NCBI GenBank assembly: GCA_012295275.1
Contig: CM022679.1
Location: 17,360,001-17,424,000 of the forward strand
Origin: Chrysomallon squamiferum
Taxonomy: Eukaryota; Animalia; Mollusca
Length of the DNA: 64,000 bases
Reading direction: 5' to 3'
Shown: piece after piece, positions 41,823 through 54,700 of the stretch
How the letters are laid out: each line of letters starts with the position of its first letter
Numbering within the stretch: position 1 is the stretch's first letter
Notes under the pieces: model-generated
What the model was told of the DNA's origin: nothing
What the model saw: only the letters and a program-made list of their open reading frames with translations
The model's database searches: none
Translations under genes and position numbers: made by a program

Positions 41823-43040
41823 GAAACAGAAAAAAAACACACACAAAAAACAACAGAAAACAAGAAAAAGAAAAAGATTTCTTTCCATGACGATAACAAT
41901 ATTCACTCAAATTAAGTCGATTCATTCAATTTAAACCGGTGAAGAGAAAAGTGTTGGGATGTTTTGCCCAGACATACAGACTCAATTAAATTTTACACAG
42001 AGTACTTATTTCGTCAACAGTATAATCTAGACAATATGCTAGAAGAAATCTGTGATAAGCCGGGCTAAGCCTGGAACACATCGCTATTATCTGTGAGTGG
42101 CTTCGTTCAGTGATCTACTTGACGTAATTAAGTGGGCAAAATATCGATTGTCTTCATACAGTTTCAGCAAAATGGCAACCCTGACGCTGAAAAATAGAAA
42201 AGGTTTTTGTGATCATCTGAGCCCGGATGAATAGTCCGGATGAATAGTCATCAGAGTGTTAGAGGAAATTATGTTTCAGTATCATGCCTTTGACAGACAG
42301 CTGATAACCAGGCTCAGAATTATTATTATAACTGTGATAATTGTGTAACATGCTTACTTTAGATAATTATTAACGTATGCCTGTCATGGCACAATCTTTT
42401 ACTAACCTTTTGTCAGATATTGTTTGTGTGTGTTTTTAATATAATAAATAAAAAAATCGTGTTTTTAATATAATAATAATAACAAAAAATCGTGTTTTAA
42501 TATAGTAAAAAATTCATCTACAAGGCCATCATGACATGAGAATGTTTATAGACAAGGGTCTCGCTGTGAAACCGAATTAGTAAAACTTCACTTGAATTCT
42601 GGTGGAGTTTCGTTCAACTTAACCCGTTGGCACATTCACTGAGTAATTTTTTTCTCTAAAAGTTGGCATCTGTTGAGTTTTATGACCAGTCTTTGTGCTG
42701 TTGTACCTTTGATGCTGGGTTTTAGAATGATTAACATGCGCACACGATGCAGATTAAAAGTTTTGTACAACTCAGGGATACAGTAAATTCTAGAACGTGT
42801 TAAAAATAGAGTTTTTAATAAGAGTTTTTCAGGTGAAACATTTCACGACAGGATGTTAGAATATATGTATGCAATCATTTAAAAATAGTTTATATACATG
42901 TATAAATAAAATATATTTTAGCACTTTTCAGTCACTCAAGAGAACAACAACAACAACAAGAAAAAAAACCAAATCCCCCCCAAAAAGAAGCAAAATTTTT
43001 ATACATATACATAAAGAACAATTTTAAAATAATTAACTGC

Positions 43041-43095
<55 letters not shown>

Positions 43096-43099
43096 TGAA

Positions 43100-43144
<45 letters not shown>

Positions 43145-43484
43145 AATAAAGTACACAAAGCAAATATTTGAATACACTCTATCCCTTGGTTAAATCTTTA
43201 TAGCTACATTAATTTACCAGAAACGTCTACTGAACCATGTCTTTGCACAGTTTCCTGGATTAGCGGAAAATAAAATACCACTTTCATCTGTGTGAAATTC
43301 AAATAAATATTTTAATTTGGTTAATCTTTCATTTTTGATTTATTCAGTTTAAAGTAAACATGTTTATAGGCATACTGTCCAATACGGTAATCGTTCTTTT
43401 CTTAGAATGCTCTATAAATTAAGTAGAAACATGGCATAAATTAGAGTTCTGTAAATGAATGTCCATCTATATATATATGCGTTT

Positions 43485-43578
43485 ATAGAGAATATTGAGT
43501 CTGAATGACATTTAAATTAAATTAATGTCTCATAATAATATTTTAAATATTAAAATTCAAAGTGACTTGCAGTATTGT
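43485..43578 (+). repeat. 94 bp direct repeat, copy 1 (62 nt upstream of the exon 2 acceptor)
   Basis: Ungapped match to 45779-45872 with 6 mismatches by eye. Confidence 0.93.
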
Positions 43579-43640
43579 TTTTAATACAATATATTTTCAT
43601 TTTATAACGTCTTTGTGCTAATCTCAATTTATCTTTTCAG

Positions 43641-44259
43641 AAAACAGATGCCGTCCACCATCGAAGGTCAGATGACGATAGAAAAAACTCCAAGTTACTT
43701 TGTCACCCGGGAAGTGCCGAAGCGAATCTTTAATATGTCGCGAAACAGTAAACTAATCGTCGTTGTTCGGAATCCTGTTACTCGTGCAATATCAGACTAC
43801 ACGCAGTCTTTTTCAAAAAGACCGTACATAAAGTCTTTTGAACAGAGAGCTTTCATTGACAACACTACTCGTCTCGTCGACACCAAATGGGGAGCGGTTA
43901 AAATAGGCGTGTATGCAAAACATTTGGAGCGCTGGTTGAAATACTTCCCTCTGAATCAGTTTCATTTTGTCAGTGGTGAAAAACTCATATCAAATCCGGC
44001 TGGTGAGATGGCCAAAGTACAAAAATTTCTTGGATTAAAACAAATCATTACTGACAAACATTTCTACCTCTATGGATCGAGAGGGTTCCCTTGCCTTAAG
44101 AAGCCAGAAGGGAGCGGACGTCCGCACTGTCTGGGCAAAAGTAAAGGCAGGCGACATCCTTACGTTGACCCCGAGGTCATTCAAAGACTTAGTGACTTTT
44201 ACAGACCTTTTAATTTGAAATTTTATCAAATGGTTGGTCAAGATTTCGGATGGACGTGA
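43641..44259 (+). CDS. Hs3st: Heparan sulfate glucosamine 3-O-sulfotransferase, coding exon 2 (C-terminal catalytic domain)
   Basis: Acceptor atttatcttttcag|A at 43640/43641 completes the Arg codon in frame (WYR-KQMP). Motifs present: EKTPSYFVT, 3'-[15 protein letters not shown], the Cys pair in [23 protein letters not shown], and terminal [20 protein letters not shown]-stop, all as recalled for vertebrate HS3ST3A1/3B1. Joined CDS is 629+619=1248 nt (415 aa + stop). Confidence 0.97.
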
Positions 44260-44595
44260 TATTGTATTATTATATATGACGTCACAGTACAGCGATGTTA
44301 CAGAAATATATCAAATATGCATTCTTGCCAAATCGAGGAAGCTTTGTTCCAGTTGTAACAGAATTGATGCCAAATCTTAAGCTGAATATTTAACTTAGAG
44401 GATTCCAGAACAGTTTGATGACCACTGAATCTTGAGTCTTCTTCTACACATATTTACAGGATCAGAAAGAGAATATGAGAAATGCAGTGAAACGAGAAAG
44501 GATTCCTAGACTCTAGTTAATTGATAACTGTTAGTGAGACATGTAGTTCTTGCCTTTCAGAAATTATTAGTAATGGAATTAATGCTTACTTTACA

Positions 44596-44601
44596 AATAA
44601 A
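44596..44601 (+). terminator. Candidate polyadenylation signal AATAAA for Hs3st
   Basis: First AATAAA I found after the stop codon (~340 nt downstream). The hexamer is common in AT-rich DNA, so evidence is weak. Confidence 0.3.
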
Positions 44602-45216
44602 CAGTGTGAACATCTTACTACGTTAGATGAAGATTCTTCATATACAAATCTTGATATTAATTCCAAATGTTAACAGTACTACTTGCTGAAACTCTTTTAT
44701 AATCTGCGCTTCCCACTGACAAAAAAAACAACAACAAAAAACAACAAAAACAACAAAAAACAAACAAACAATGAACAGATTTGGCTGCTGTTGTTCAATT
44801 ACTTGGAATGTTTTATAGGAATATATTTTCAATACTAAACTTATAAGTAGATGTAAATACTAGATGGTTTTTTTACATCATTCGACATCACAATTTCTTT
44901 GCAAGAATCCTCAGCTAGCAAATATGATAAGATGGCACAGTATATCCTAATTGTCAAATGAAAAGAATATTAATTTATTAAATATTTAAATGCAGGGAAC
45001 CCCTAATGTGTTCAAGCAAGATAGAAAATAATACTAAATATGCTGAACTTATTTTTTATGAATTCATTTGCTGATGCAACGAATGTTATTGAGCTATTGT
45101 AATATTTATTTAATTTTTAAACAACTAGCATCAGTATTCGAATTCATTTAAACTTTTGTTGCTGCATTAAAAGAAGTAATCCGGTATATTTTATCTAACT
45201 TACCACACTTACAAAA

Positions 45217-45300
<84 letters not shown>

Positions 45301-45778
45301 AATAATAATAGTAATAGTAATAAATCACAAAATAAAAATGGACCAAAATAGAAAATGATATATTCTAGATGTGTCCGTGTGTGTGGGTATCAGTGTGTTT
45401 GTTTTTATTGTACACATAACACAAGTATACATTGTTATTATTCAAAAGAACCTTATTAGAAACGATATTAAGAAGATGACAAACTGAAAATCATGAACCA
45501 GTAGAAGATATTTTATGGTGAATTACACTAGGTGTACTGTAAGATGTTAAGATGAAGTAATGATAATAATGAACCGTTTATTTCTGATCACTGGTACTGA
45601 CAATGAACATCAGCTAGAAATTAAAAAGGTAATATTTCTAAATAATTTTAATTCTACTCATCAATGCATATTTGAAATCAGTTCTTTATTTAATTTAAAT
45701 TAGTGTATTATGCATACATACCCACAATATATGTATATATATTCCCGTTTATGTTTGCGGGTGCATGTATGTGCTTAA

Positions 45779-45872
45779 ATAGAGAATATTGTGGCTGAAT
45801 GACATTTAAATTAAATAAATGTCTCATAATAACATTTTAAATAATAAAGTTCAAAGTGACTTGCAGTATTGT
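45779..45872 (+). repeat. 94 bp direct repeat, copy 2 (1.5 kb downstream of the stop codon)
   Basis: atagagaatattgtggctgaatgacatttaaattaaataaatgtctcataataacattttaaataataaagttcaaagtgacttgcagtattgt. Confidence 0.93.
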
Positions 45873-46273
45873 ATTAACACTTTATATTAGATAGAACTGC
45901 TGTGTAATAAACACAGTTGTTTTACTATTCACGCAGTCTGCTAACCTAGTTCTCCACACAGGACGTGTCACATCCGCTGTGTTTTCTTCCTGCGTACGAA
46001 TAATGAACCATTTACCGATTTATTTAAGTTAACACCTGTTGCTGCATGCAACTAACATAAAACACACTTTTTCATCTTTCTTCTTTCATGCAGTATAACA
46101 GCGTGTTACAAGAGCGGAACAAAAGAAATCGAAAAATGTAAATTAAAATATAATTAAAGGAATACCTGACGTTTTTTCATCATACAACATGTAATAACGA
46201 TTTGTTTGACATGTGTTTGGGCTGAATGTAACAAATCATAACAAGTAGGATGTTAAAAATATAATAGTATCTC

Positions 46274-46312
<39 letters not shown>

Positions 46313-47051
46313 ATGTGCGGATGTGTGTGTGTGCGTGCACACGAATCAATATTTAGTAGTAGTTGTTGTATGTTTTCTAAATAACAGTAATACAGATTGT
46401 ATCCCGTTTCATCTTTCACATGTTTATACAGTTTTAGGACAGAAGAGTAATTTTGGCAGTTACTGAGGTGTGACGTACTTCAGACAGCTGTATCTGGCTA
46501 TCATTATTACAGTATTGTTCAGTACATCTTTGATCTTGTGACTGGAGATGTATTTCTACCTCTGTTAATATTTTCCCAGCAAACTCGTGGGAAATGTCAT
46601 TTCAATATTTCTTAAAAGCATCTCTGCAAAGAGCGCACAAAAACCTTCACAATTAACCAATTTCTGTCGTCATTTTGCTATCAATATTTCACAGCCTCTG
46701 AAATGTCTGATTAAGAAACGTGAGATTATTTTGTAAACTCGAGCTCTTATTTTTGACGACGGCAGTAAACCTAACGAGGTATATTAAAAACAAAGTCATA
46801 CATTTTTTCACACTGACGCCGTTAGCAGAGGCAGAACTTGAAATTAGCTGCATAAACAATAGCAGTGTACTTCAGGGAATATAACTCGACTGCAATCAAT
46901 AGACTGATGTCCATTACCTTGATAATGTATCCCTAGGTGTTATTAACATGCTGATAATTGATGAATATTGTAATTTTGCTTCTCTATCTCATGAGGAATA
47001 AATTCAAGGGACGAACCAAATATTTTCTTGCTTAAAAAAAGTTGATTTCTG

Positions 47052-47099
<48 letters not shown>

Positions 47100-47823
47100 C
47101 TATATTTTATTTACATTTACACAAAATGAAATAAGATTTATGTATTCCGAACGTGGTAATATTCGAATACCTTACGTACACACGGGACGGGTACGTATTC
47201 CTGTTATAACTGACAGTAATTCAGTTCTGTGTTTACAGGATGGCGTAGTGTTTGACTAGAGTTTAGTGAAATAAAAGTTCGATGAAATTTTTTATATAGG
47301 TTACATGTATTATTTTCTCCTTAATGAATAATTTTAATATATTTTCAACAAATCTTTGTAAAAGTTTGTCGTATCAGTTCAGTATAAATATTCAGAACTT
47401 GCAGTATATTAGTTTATTCTTTCATATTTACAAATCTCCATCCGGTTAAATAATGTTTTCGTTAAAGGCTTTACTTGTTCCATTATTCATAACTATCTTC
47501 ATGTATTGTCATTAATATTAATACTGTATTTTATATTCGCTTCCCCTCCTTCCAAATATTTCTGTCTCTTCAAAGCATCGTGAACACACTGCGTGATTAA
47601 AATGCAGAAACGAAGCAGGTGTCAATCTGTAGTGCACCCAAAGGATGTATCTATGTTCTGAATCGACTACTGGAGTCATTCAACCGTATATTATTTTCCA
47701 CTGCATGTCTTGTTAATGTGCTATGCATGAAATATTGAATTCATTAGTGTATTAAGCAGGCTTCGTGGCGTTAAAAACAAAACTACATATATATAATATA
47801 TTTTAATGTTTTACATTCATGCA

Positions 47824-47927
47824 TTTTTAAATTAATTTTCTTATTGTTTAATTTTTATTTTTATTTAATATTTATATATATATATCGTAATATATAAAAC
47901 AAAACAATAAGAAAATTAATTTAAAAA
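47824..47927. repeat. Perfect 26 bp inverted repeat with 52 nt AT-rich spacer
   Basis: tttttaaattaattttcttattgttt (47824-47849) pairs with aaacaataagaaaattaatttaaaaa (47902-47927). Confidence 0.88.
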
Positions 47928-49591
47928 AAAATAAAAAATATACATTAAAACGCATATGAAAGCTGAAAAACAACGGCTTTATAAAATAGTATTACGGTAA
48001 AGTAACTTTTAGGCATCTTCCCAATATTTTTCCCCAGTATTTCCAATTAAGAAAATCATGCTTAGTCAGATATGATATCATTTAAACATCTTAATAAAGA
48101 AACGCAGCAATTTAGAAAATAAAGAGAATTTAACTGTTTTGAAACTAAAAAATAAAGTATCTAAGAGAATATAAATAATAAATAATAATTTATTTAATAA
48201 TCTACAGAATATGACTCACTCGCGATTCTCCCATTCTCTTTTCACTCTGTCAAGTCATCACAACAAATGGGATTCCGTCCATTGTTATCTACAAATGTTA
48301 TTAAAAAGGAAGGAACGATATATCAACCTTGTTTTACTCCTTATCACTTCTGTATCATCTGAACTGCATGTATGTATTTTTATTTACTGAGAGACGTAAT
48401 GTACTAATGTTAGTGTTTACTGTATTTATAATATAATTATTATGATATATAAAAATGATATATATATTATATTTTCTTTCCCAGTTATATTTAATGAATT
48501 TAAAATTATTCATATAGGTGAGATGTAATATAAAATTTGGAAATATATAACAGAAATGAAACGAAAACTATGAATTTATAAATGAAACATGAATCAAATT
48601 TTGATTTAATATGTTTTATATTCGGTGAAAATATTTGTTCACATTTAATTTATAGTCATATTATTCAAAAACCAAATACTGACCATAGAAGTGATACAGC
48701 AAACAAATTAATTTTTTAAAACCGAACCAAACATAAATATGAATTAAAATTAAAATAAAGACAAAAGACAAAAATGTATAATCATAATCACCCTAATATG
48801 AATATTAGCAACCTTAAATAACATTTCTTGTTATAACAAAACATAGTAAAATCATTTAAAATATTTTTTAATCAATCTTGTGACAAGTTTTAAATCATTC
48901 GCAATATAGTGTATATTTACAAATTTTAGCCTAAATGGAAAATGGCTACGTCAAGCAATTATTTTAACGCTTTATTAAGTGAACATTCTCAGTAATGTGA
49001 TGCTGTTTTACTGGTTGGCATTAAGCACTGAATATACTCAGTGCAATCTTAATGTTATTTCTTTAACAAATTTCCGTAGGATAATCAATGTCTTCGTGGT
49101 GTACAGTTTTCACGTGTTAATAAAAACAGTATATTTCTCTGTCCGACAAGTGAAGAACAGCGTACGTTATACTTTAAAGCCACATTCTTACAGAGCAATC
49201 TTAGACATAATTTATATTGTAAATGAATTTAATAAAGTTTAATAAATATATTATTTTATCTATCCTAAGATTTATCATCAGTTTATGTATGTACTTATTA
49301 GGAAGTTAGTAGATTAGTGGAATTCTATATACATATTCTGACATTAATTTTTTTAGTTTTTCAACATATTGGAAAAATTATTTCATTAGATAATAATTCG
49401 TTATTTCAAATAAGGCTGTATAAACGAAAAGTAACGAAGATTTGATCTAAGCCATAAGTGGTTTAATTTAAGCATTAATATATTATATGATATACAGGAC
49501 ATATGCATTTTTTTTCGTCGTCTTTATTGACAGAAATAAACATATTTTAGTATCCCTTTGTTTGGTGTTTTTATTATATAGTTCAGTACAA

Positions 49592-49751
<160 letters not shown>

Positions 49752-51678
49752 TTGTATATCACTCTTTTCTTACACTTTATATGCACACACAAACCCATTC
49801 TTTCTCTCTTTTGTTCCGTTGATACTTTTTTCTTATCGGTTACTCTTAGTTTCTTTTAACAATACAAAATATAATTCTCTGTACGAATATATATTCAAAC
49901 AACATACATACACACACGCAAACCATCTACATCACACACACATACATACAGATATAGTTATATTTATAATATACGTGATACATACATACATACATACATA
50001 CACACATACAGATACAAACATACAGTAAGACGATACCAAACAATACATTACATTACAACTAGATGAATGTTAAAAATATGTTACACTGATAATATTACGT
50101 TATCCTGTAATACCTGCCAAGTCATAAACAAACGAAAACATGAAACCTTTGAAATATTTATGGAGCTTTTTGCTTCAAAAAGAAATTTCTTTCCGTTTTA
50201 TTCCAACTGATAAAGTTATCTTTTCTGGCAAAAGTGTTTGAAGAAATTCGTCATGGCCATTTATTTTCTTTTACTGAAATATAAAAAGTTTCACACGATA
50301 TATTCGTAAAATTAGAAAAGCAGACTCAAAACACAAATCATTTAACGCCGCCATGATGAAATAAAAATATTTAAGGAAAACTTTTCAACATAATATCAAT
50401 AATTACCACCAACAACAATGGTATTTTAAAAATAAGAAAATGGCATAAAAGAAGAACACTAAGAACAAGAAAATAACAAAGTAAGTAAGTTAGAAATTAG
50501 AAATATATAAAAGTTTACTTGTGTTAACGGTTGTTACTGTTAATTCTGGAAGGATCTTTATCAGTCTCAGCTAATAATTGAGGAAGAAAACAAATATCAT
50601 TATTGAATTACAACCTCTGATAAAGACAGCTTCATTATTACTTCAGTTTTGATTAGATTTTAAAACCAGCTACATTAATATTAAGAAAAAAACCTGACAC
50701 TATATTTCAGTTCACGAGACGTGCAGCAACATAACAAATCACAGACAACAATCTTAATAATAGTATTTCTGCCTGTTACTTCCGCTCATTGGTTTCCCAT
50801 CATGTGTCTTCCTCCATTGTTTTACAGCGCACCAATTTTAAAACCCATCTGGTACTCGCAATGACAATACGTGCTTTTTCAAGCAAAATGTCGAGGTGAA
50901 TGCTGGAAAAGGGGTCAATTACTGGGGTCATTTCAGAAACGTACTTCATTACAGAGTCTCATTATTGGAATTCTCTGGAGCTGGATGAATCGGCGTGTTG
51001 ACTAATTAACTCTAACTTATGACTTTGTTAAAGTACTAGTACTAACTCGAGTTTTAAATCATCTCTGTTTCCATCGGCTATTCTGATGTAGCAACAAAAA
51101 CATACATATATCAGCACAAGCAGAATTTGTGATTTGATTTACGTAATATTTTAGACGGTTTTCTTGTTTATAGCTCAGTTCCAAATATTATGTTTGTCCC
51201 ATTAATCTTTTCATGGAAATCCTTTTACTCCATTCTCAACAGAATGACCAGAATGAACTCTAATTGCAGTAACTTTATTATTAGCAAACTCTGGCCACCT
51301 TATAGAATACAAGCAATATTTGTATTTATGCTATTAATTATCCACATTACAGCAACATTTAAAATTTATAAGATTAACGGCAAATAGAAATGAAAAGAAA
51401 TAAATAGATCAACTCTACGGTTTTACGCATTATAACTATCAGCTTTATTAGTCAATTCTTATTTTTGGCAGACAGCATTCCGAGGATTCCGTCTAGAGTT
51501 ACCCGAGGTGCAGATTACAGTGTCATCGGGAAAATGGATAGTAACGCCCACTTGAAGTGACAGCGGTACCAAACTGACACGAGAGTGGTGCGTACCTTTT
51601 ATCTCACGATGTCAGTGGTATCTCGATGTCTCTGAAATATTCAGGAAATCGTTTAAATGAGCTAATATTTCTTTTTTG

Positions 51679-51712
<34 letters not shown>

Positions 51713-54700
51713 TACACTAAAAAATAGCTGATAGAGAGAAAAAAATCTCTTTTTATGTATGTATCTAATTATATATGTATGTATGCGTGTGTATGTATGT
51801 GTTTTGTGTGTGTGTGTCATACTTATTTAATTCAACACTAACTTTAATTTATATTCCATGACTTTGATAGCGAAGAGATATTCTACTTTTTATTAATAAC
51901 ACAAAGAATATTCCAAATGCCACGTCTCCTGGCTACACTGACATATCTGCTTCTCTGATCTTTTATCAACAACAGAACTCGCGCCATACTTCATCATTTT
52001 CGAATATTATCAGTCAGACAGAGCAGTGGCACGCTGAGCAGTCTATTTTTCCAACTCCCGGAAAGAGAGCTCCGCGAAAATAAGGAAACGAAAATGTCAG
52101 ATGCAACCACGGCTAAATGTCGCCCGTGAATCCCTGCATGTCACTTCTGTTAGTGTTCCACCGCTGGCTTCTCACAATGTGTTATTAATTTTTACGATGT
52201 GAAAAATTATTCTCATTTCTTCGAAAATATGTCGGTCAGATATTTTATAGCGTTATGGTTCTCTGTCCTTTGTAAATCGAACTTGAATATTTCATAAATG
52301 ATAGGAAATGAGATATTCTAGGATAACTGCTGTTTTAATTTTGTTAAATGGTCATAAATGTGGACATTATTTTTTTATTATTTTTTAAAATTAATCTATT
52401 AAAGTCAATTAAAAGTCGAGTTAAAATTCGTTTCAAAGATCTGACTAGAAGAATAAATATATACAGACAGCAACCTGTTATGATATACTTAAACAATACT
52501 GGAACTTACAAAAAGTTATTAAAGCTGAATGAGATGATAAAGGACCGCAACACTATATATTAACAAGCGTTTAAGGATACATATGTTTGCTTACATATCC
52601 TTCTTTGTTCTCGTCAGCGCCGTCTAGGCAACAGTCTCTTTGGTTAAATAATTACACACATAAAAACTATTTATTGTCCCTTCGAGAGTGTCATGTTCCA
52701 GTTATGCTTTATTTGTTAAAGTGCATATTCCTGAGTCAACAGCTAAATGAAACAGTGATTTATAAATAAAAAAATTGGTTATGCGACGATCATTGTAAGA
52801 GCATTATATTTCATCTTGTTTGTAAATCCCTCCCGCAGATATCACTGTCCTCATCGTTGTGGTTGGATTGTTTCTTTGCATCTAGGACTCTGGGGAAAAC
52901 CACAGGCGCCAATCTAACTGAGATGATTGATAGAACCGCCTTTGTAATTGTATGCTGAAAATGAATTTCTGCCCAAAAATATTATTTATTTATTTTAGGA
53001 AAACCTCTTTTCCTAAATTATAACCAGATGATTAATTTGCTATGAAGGTGAAGTGAAAACTGAAGTTTTAATCCCAATGAGAAATTCAATATTACATCAT
53101 CCGTTATACATTAGTAATTACGTTTTACTGTTGTAATTTCCATATAACATGTTACTGTCTAAAAAGTAATGATAATGTAACGTATAGTCTTGTTTTGAAA
53201 GTACTCGTTTAATTAAGGCATGCACACTTAAAGACACGAGTAACATCAGTTACGAAAACATAGATTAATTTATCTCTAACTCGTGTTACAACAGTAACAT
53301 ATATAGTATAATATAATAATATATTATTATACGAAATATTTAATGCTGTATGTATATGATTTAACATTGTATATGCATATTGTAACATGTTTTATTACGG
53401 GTATTGCTATTTCTGAAAGTAATCAAATTAACATATAAAGATAAACAACAGTACTGTTTTCTTTTCATTTATATACATGTACATAATATATATTAATAAA
53501 GAAATCCGTTGATACACACATCCAACTCATACACACACCTTTCACACATATATGATGTATATGTTTATTATATATATGTTTGTATGTATGCATGTATGTG
53601 TGTATGTACTTATGGACAGATGTACGTACGGATATATGCATATATGCATGTTTGTACGTACATGGGGTGCATACATATATGTTTATATAAAAGTGTCTTA
53701 CTATTTATTTAATTCAACACTAAAAACGAAGTGATAAATACAAAAATAACACAAAACAAATAAATAAATAAAATTAAGTAAATACTGAAACCTGTCACAA
53801 ATCTTTTTCACCATATTGATATTTTGTCACATCTAAATGACTAGATTATTCGTAGTGTTACATAAACCACTACACAATTTACACAAATTACTCTTTATGT
53901 CTCTGTTCGTCTTTCACGGGTTTCCGCAAACACGCGTTCACGGAATGCTGATTATTCACAACGCTATGTAAATAAGATGAGGGAAAGAGAAACTTAATAA
54001 TGTGAAATACTGGATTGACCTTTGACCTCGCGAACAAATCTCTTGACATACGTAATCCCATTTTAACTGTGACTAACAGACTGACGAATTAATTTCTCAT
54101 CTCACGACAACAGGTCACAACTAAGATTACTTGTAAGGAAACTTATTAATTCAGTTCATAGCTGTATGTTCTCGTATGACACTTATTTTCGTATGCTGCC
54201 TTTTTGTTTTCTTTCTTTCTTTATTTCATTCTTTCCTGCTTGTAACCAGAGAGTTTAGATACAAAGAAAGAAAAAGAAAGAAATAATAAAGAAAATAAAA
54301 GGTACGAAATAGATAAAAATGGTTTATTCAGATGAAAGAATGCAGATGTCACATGCGATGAAAGCTGCATCTTCCATTGTTTTTTTCACTATTCTTACCC
54401 ACCGATATTTCTTTTCTCTTTATACATGTATTATTCATTATTTTATATATTTTTTAATGAATGACAAATTTGATTTTAGAAAAAAAAGGGTAAGTCAGAA
54501 TGAAAAAGTGAAAGAAAGAAAAAACGCATAACATTGACGTATCTATTAATGAAGTCCACCTTCGCATATAAACAAATAATCGAGGATCCATGTACACTAG
54601 TATAAACAACAAAAATAATTTCAAACTGAACACAAGTAAAGTGAATACAAAATGACACAACATGAATATTTCTACGTACCATCAAAATGAAAACCAATCC

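Noticed and set aside
42223-42510. Small tandem duplications (ccggatgaatagt x2; gtgtttttaatataata x3)
   Set aside because: Ordinary slippage duplications with no further structure.
43615-43640. N-terminal MLISIYLF of the 214 aa ORF
   Set aside because: It begins at GTG and is the intronic polypyrimidine tract before the acceptor.
44257-44265. Stop-codon readthrough or selenocysteine at the TGA
   Set aside because: The protein ends where homologues end (DFGW), the context TGA-TAT is not the leaky TGA-CTA motif, and I recognised no SECIS.
44277-44284. Perfect CRE TGACGTCA just after the stop codon (another at 20913-20920)
   Set aside because: An isolated 8-mer is compatible with chance in 64 kb, and there is no supporting context.
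53100-53440. GTAAC/GTTAC-rich patch reminiscent of hAT subterminal repeats
   Set aside because: No definable TIRs or TSD are visible.
51823-53723. Shared 19-mer ttatttaattcaacactaa at 51823 and 53705
   Set aside because: It is short and AT-rich next to low-complexity TATG tracts; probably a trivial repeat fragment.
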